A stretch of 64,000 nt of DNA from Eledone cirrhosa (Eukaryota), in the NCBI GenBank assembly GCA_964016885.1, contig OZ024740.1, forward strand, positions 438,464,001-438,528,000, read 5' to 3'. A program made the position numbers and the translations under genes. Positions 62,601-64,000 of the stretch are shown in pieces. The notes below the pieces were generated by a model. The model did not search any database, was not told the origin of the DNA, and worked only from the letters and a program-made list of their open reading frames with translations. The number at the start of each line of letters is the position of its first letter. The stretch's first letter is position 1.

Positions 62601-64000
62601 TATAGAAAATACCTTTATAGAACATACCTTTAGAGAATATACCATTATAGAAAATACCTTTATAGAACATACCTTTATAGAACATACCTTTATAGAACAC
62701 ACCTTAATAGAACACACCTTTATAGAATAGAGCTTTATAGAACATACCTTTATAGAACATACCTTTATAGAACATACCTTTATAGAACACACCTAAATAG
62801 AACACACCTTTATAGAATAGAGCTTTATAGAACATACCTTTATAGAACATACCTTTATAGAACAGACCTTTATAGAACATACCTTTATAGTACATACATT
62901 TATAGTACATACCTTTATAGTTACTAACTTTATAGAACATACCTTTATAGAAAATACCTTTATAGAACAGACCTTTATAGAAATACCTTTATAGTACATA
63001 CCTTTATAGAACATACCTTTATAGAAAATACCTTTATAGAACATACCTTTATAGAACATACCTTTATAGAAAATACCTTTATAGTACATACCTTTATAGA
63101 ACATACCTTTATAGAAAATACCTTTATAGTACATACCTTTATAGAACATACCTTTATAGAAAATACCTTTATAGAACATACCTTTAGAGAATATACCATT
63201 ATAGAACAGACCTTTATAGAACATACCTTTATAGAACATACCTTTATAGAACACACCTTAATAGAACACACCTTTATAGAATAGAGCTTTATAGAACATA
63301 CCTTTATAGAACATACCTTAATAGAACATGCCTTTATAGAACAGACCTTTATAGAACACACCTTTATAGAACACACCTTTATAGAACATACCTCTATATA
63401 ACATACCTTAATAGAACACACCTTTATAGAACACACCTTTATAGAACACACCTTTATAGAACACACCTTTATAGAACATACCTTAATAGATCATACCTTT
63501 AGAGTTATTACCTTTATAGAACAGACCTTTATAGAACATACCTTTATAGAACACACCTTTATAGTACATACCTTAATAGAACATACCTTTATAGAACATA
63601 CCTTTATAGAACACACCTTAATAGAACATGCCTTTATAGAACAGACCTTTATAGAACATACCTTTATAGTACATACCTTTATAGAACATACCTTTATAGA
63701 ACATACCTTTATAGAACATACCTTTATAGTACATACCTTAATAGAACATACCTTTAGAGAACAGACCTTAATAGAACACATCTTTATAGAACACACCTTT
63801 ATAGAACATAGCTTAATAGAACATACCTTTATAGAACAGACCTTTATAGAACATACCTTCATAGAACATACCTTTATAGTACAAACCTTTATAGTACATA
63901 CCTTTATAGTACATACCTTTATAGAATATACCTTTATAGAACAGACCTTTATAGAACACACCTTTATAGAACATACCTTTATAGAACATACTTTAATAGA

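Larger units (their letters stand above)
1..64000. repeat. 15-bp tandem satellite array, consensus (ATAGAACATACCTTT)n, about 4,270 head-to-tail monomers; runs off both window ends
   Basis: Every line of the window is this monomer or a variant with 1-4 substitutions or a 1-bp indel. Same orientation throughout, with no non-repeat insertion seen. Confidence 0.99.
29700..64000. repeat. Satellite domain B (right sub-family, marked by 14-bp monomer ATAGAAATACCTTT)
   Basis: About 40 copies of the 14-mer occur from about 29770 onward (most terminate an ORF ending KVFL) and none to the left. The domain is rich in GAAAATACC and GTACATACC variants and in the GTTACTAAC monomer. Confidence 0.87.
43500..64000. 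repeat. Young HOR array, canonical unit 2,682 bp = 179 monomers (176 x 15 bp + 3 x 14 bp), about 7 copies with structural variants
   Basis: The once-per-unit TCGA marker occurs at 44685, 47862, 50544, 55172, 56101, 58783 and 61465 (spacings 3177, 2682, 4628, 929, 2682, 2682). ORF sets 56638/59320/61972 and 57641/60323/62975 are offset by 2682 and then 2652. Confidence 0.92.

Noticed and set aside
908-63254. (KGMFY)n, (IEHTF)n and (RTYLY)n ORFs
   Set aside because: These are alternative frames of the same repeat, overlapping on both strands and broken by common monomer variants such as T15A, which creates TAA in the KGMFY frame.
29750-63466. Programmed frameshifting or phase variation joining KGMFY and KVCSI frames at the 14-bp monomers
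   Set aside because: The frame switches are copies of one ancestral 1-bp deletion spread by block duplication. There is no slippery site with a stimulatory structure and no evidence of a gene.
892-63961. Long minus-strand ORFs encoding (KVCSI)n, up to 1073 aa, as Cys-rich pentapeptide-repeat protein genes
   Set aside because: They are an automatic product of a stop-free 15-bp monomer. There is no unique N- or C-terminal domain, starts are mostly arbitrary GTG/ATG variants, and ends coincide with 1-bp indels or point stops that are themselves copied in HORs.
1-64000. CRISPR array or other repeat-spacer system
   Set aside because: There are no unique spacers, the monomers abut directly, and no cas or other genes are present.
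1-64000. Telomerase-synthesised telomeric tract
   Set aside because: Variants are inherited in kb-scale blocks, which indicates DNA-level duplication rather than templated re-synthesis of one unit. The G-rich strand has only a GG run. A recombination-maintained terminal or subtelomeric satellite is not excluded.
1-64000. Pure sequencing or assembly artefact, or rolling-circle concatemer of one small circle
   Set aside because: Rare variants recur in consistent, nested, diverging blocks, which random error or a single-template concatemer would not produce. The copy number of the near-identical HORs beyond 43.5 kb still needs read-level validation.
1-64000. Hairpin, cruciform or G-quadruplex structure
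   Set aside because: There are no inverted blocks, only 4-8 bp palindromes (TATA, GTAC, TTCTAGAA), and no G3 runs in the consensus.

Overview
The whole 64 kb window is one uninterrupted, single-orientation tandem array of a 15-bp AT-rich monomer. The consensus is ATAGAACATACCTTT (reverse complement AAAGGTATGTTCTAT; about 27% GC; about 4,270 copies). I see no unique sequence, transposon, RNA gene or credible protein-coding gene. The long ORFs (KVCSI, KGMFY, IEHTF and RTYLY pentapeptide runs) arise because the monomer length is a multiple of 3 and four of six frames lack stops. The informative signal is the order of variant monomers, which shows a layered higher-order-repeat (HOR) architecture. 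A left domain (about 1-29 kb) has 2.1-3.6 kb and smaller units and few indels. A right domain (about 29.7-64 kb) is marked by a recurrent 14-bp monomer and ends in a nearly homogeneous 2,682-bp (179-monomer) HOR with nested 929, 3,177 and about 10,500 bp duplications. This is most consistent with eukaryotic satellite DNA (centromeric, pericentromeric, subtelomeric or giant-intron); the host cannot be identified from the sequence. The monomer also carries a splice-donor motif (AAG|GTATGT) and TATAAA on the minus strand, and any function for these is speculative. Block boundaries were read by eye and are approximate to within a few monomers.
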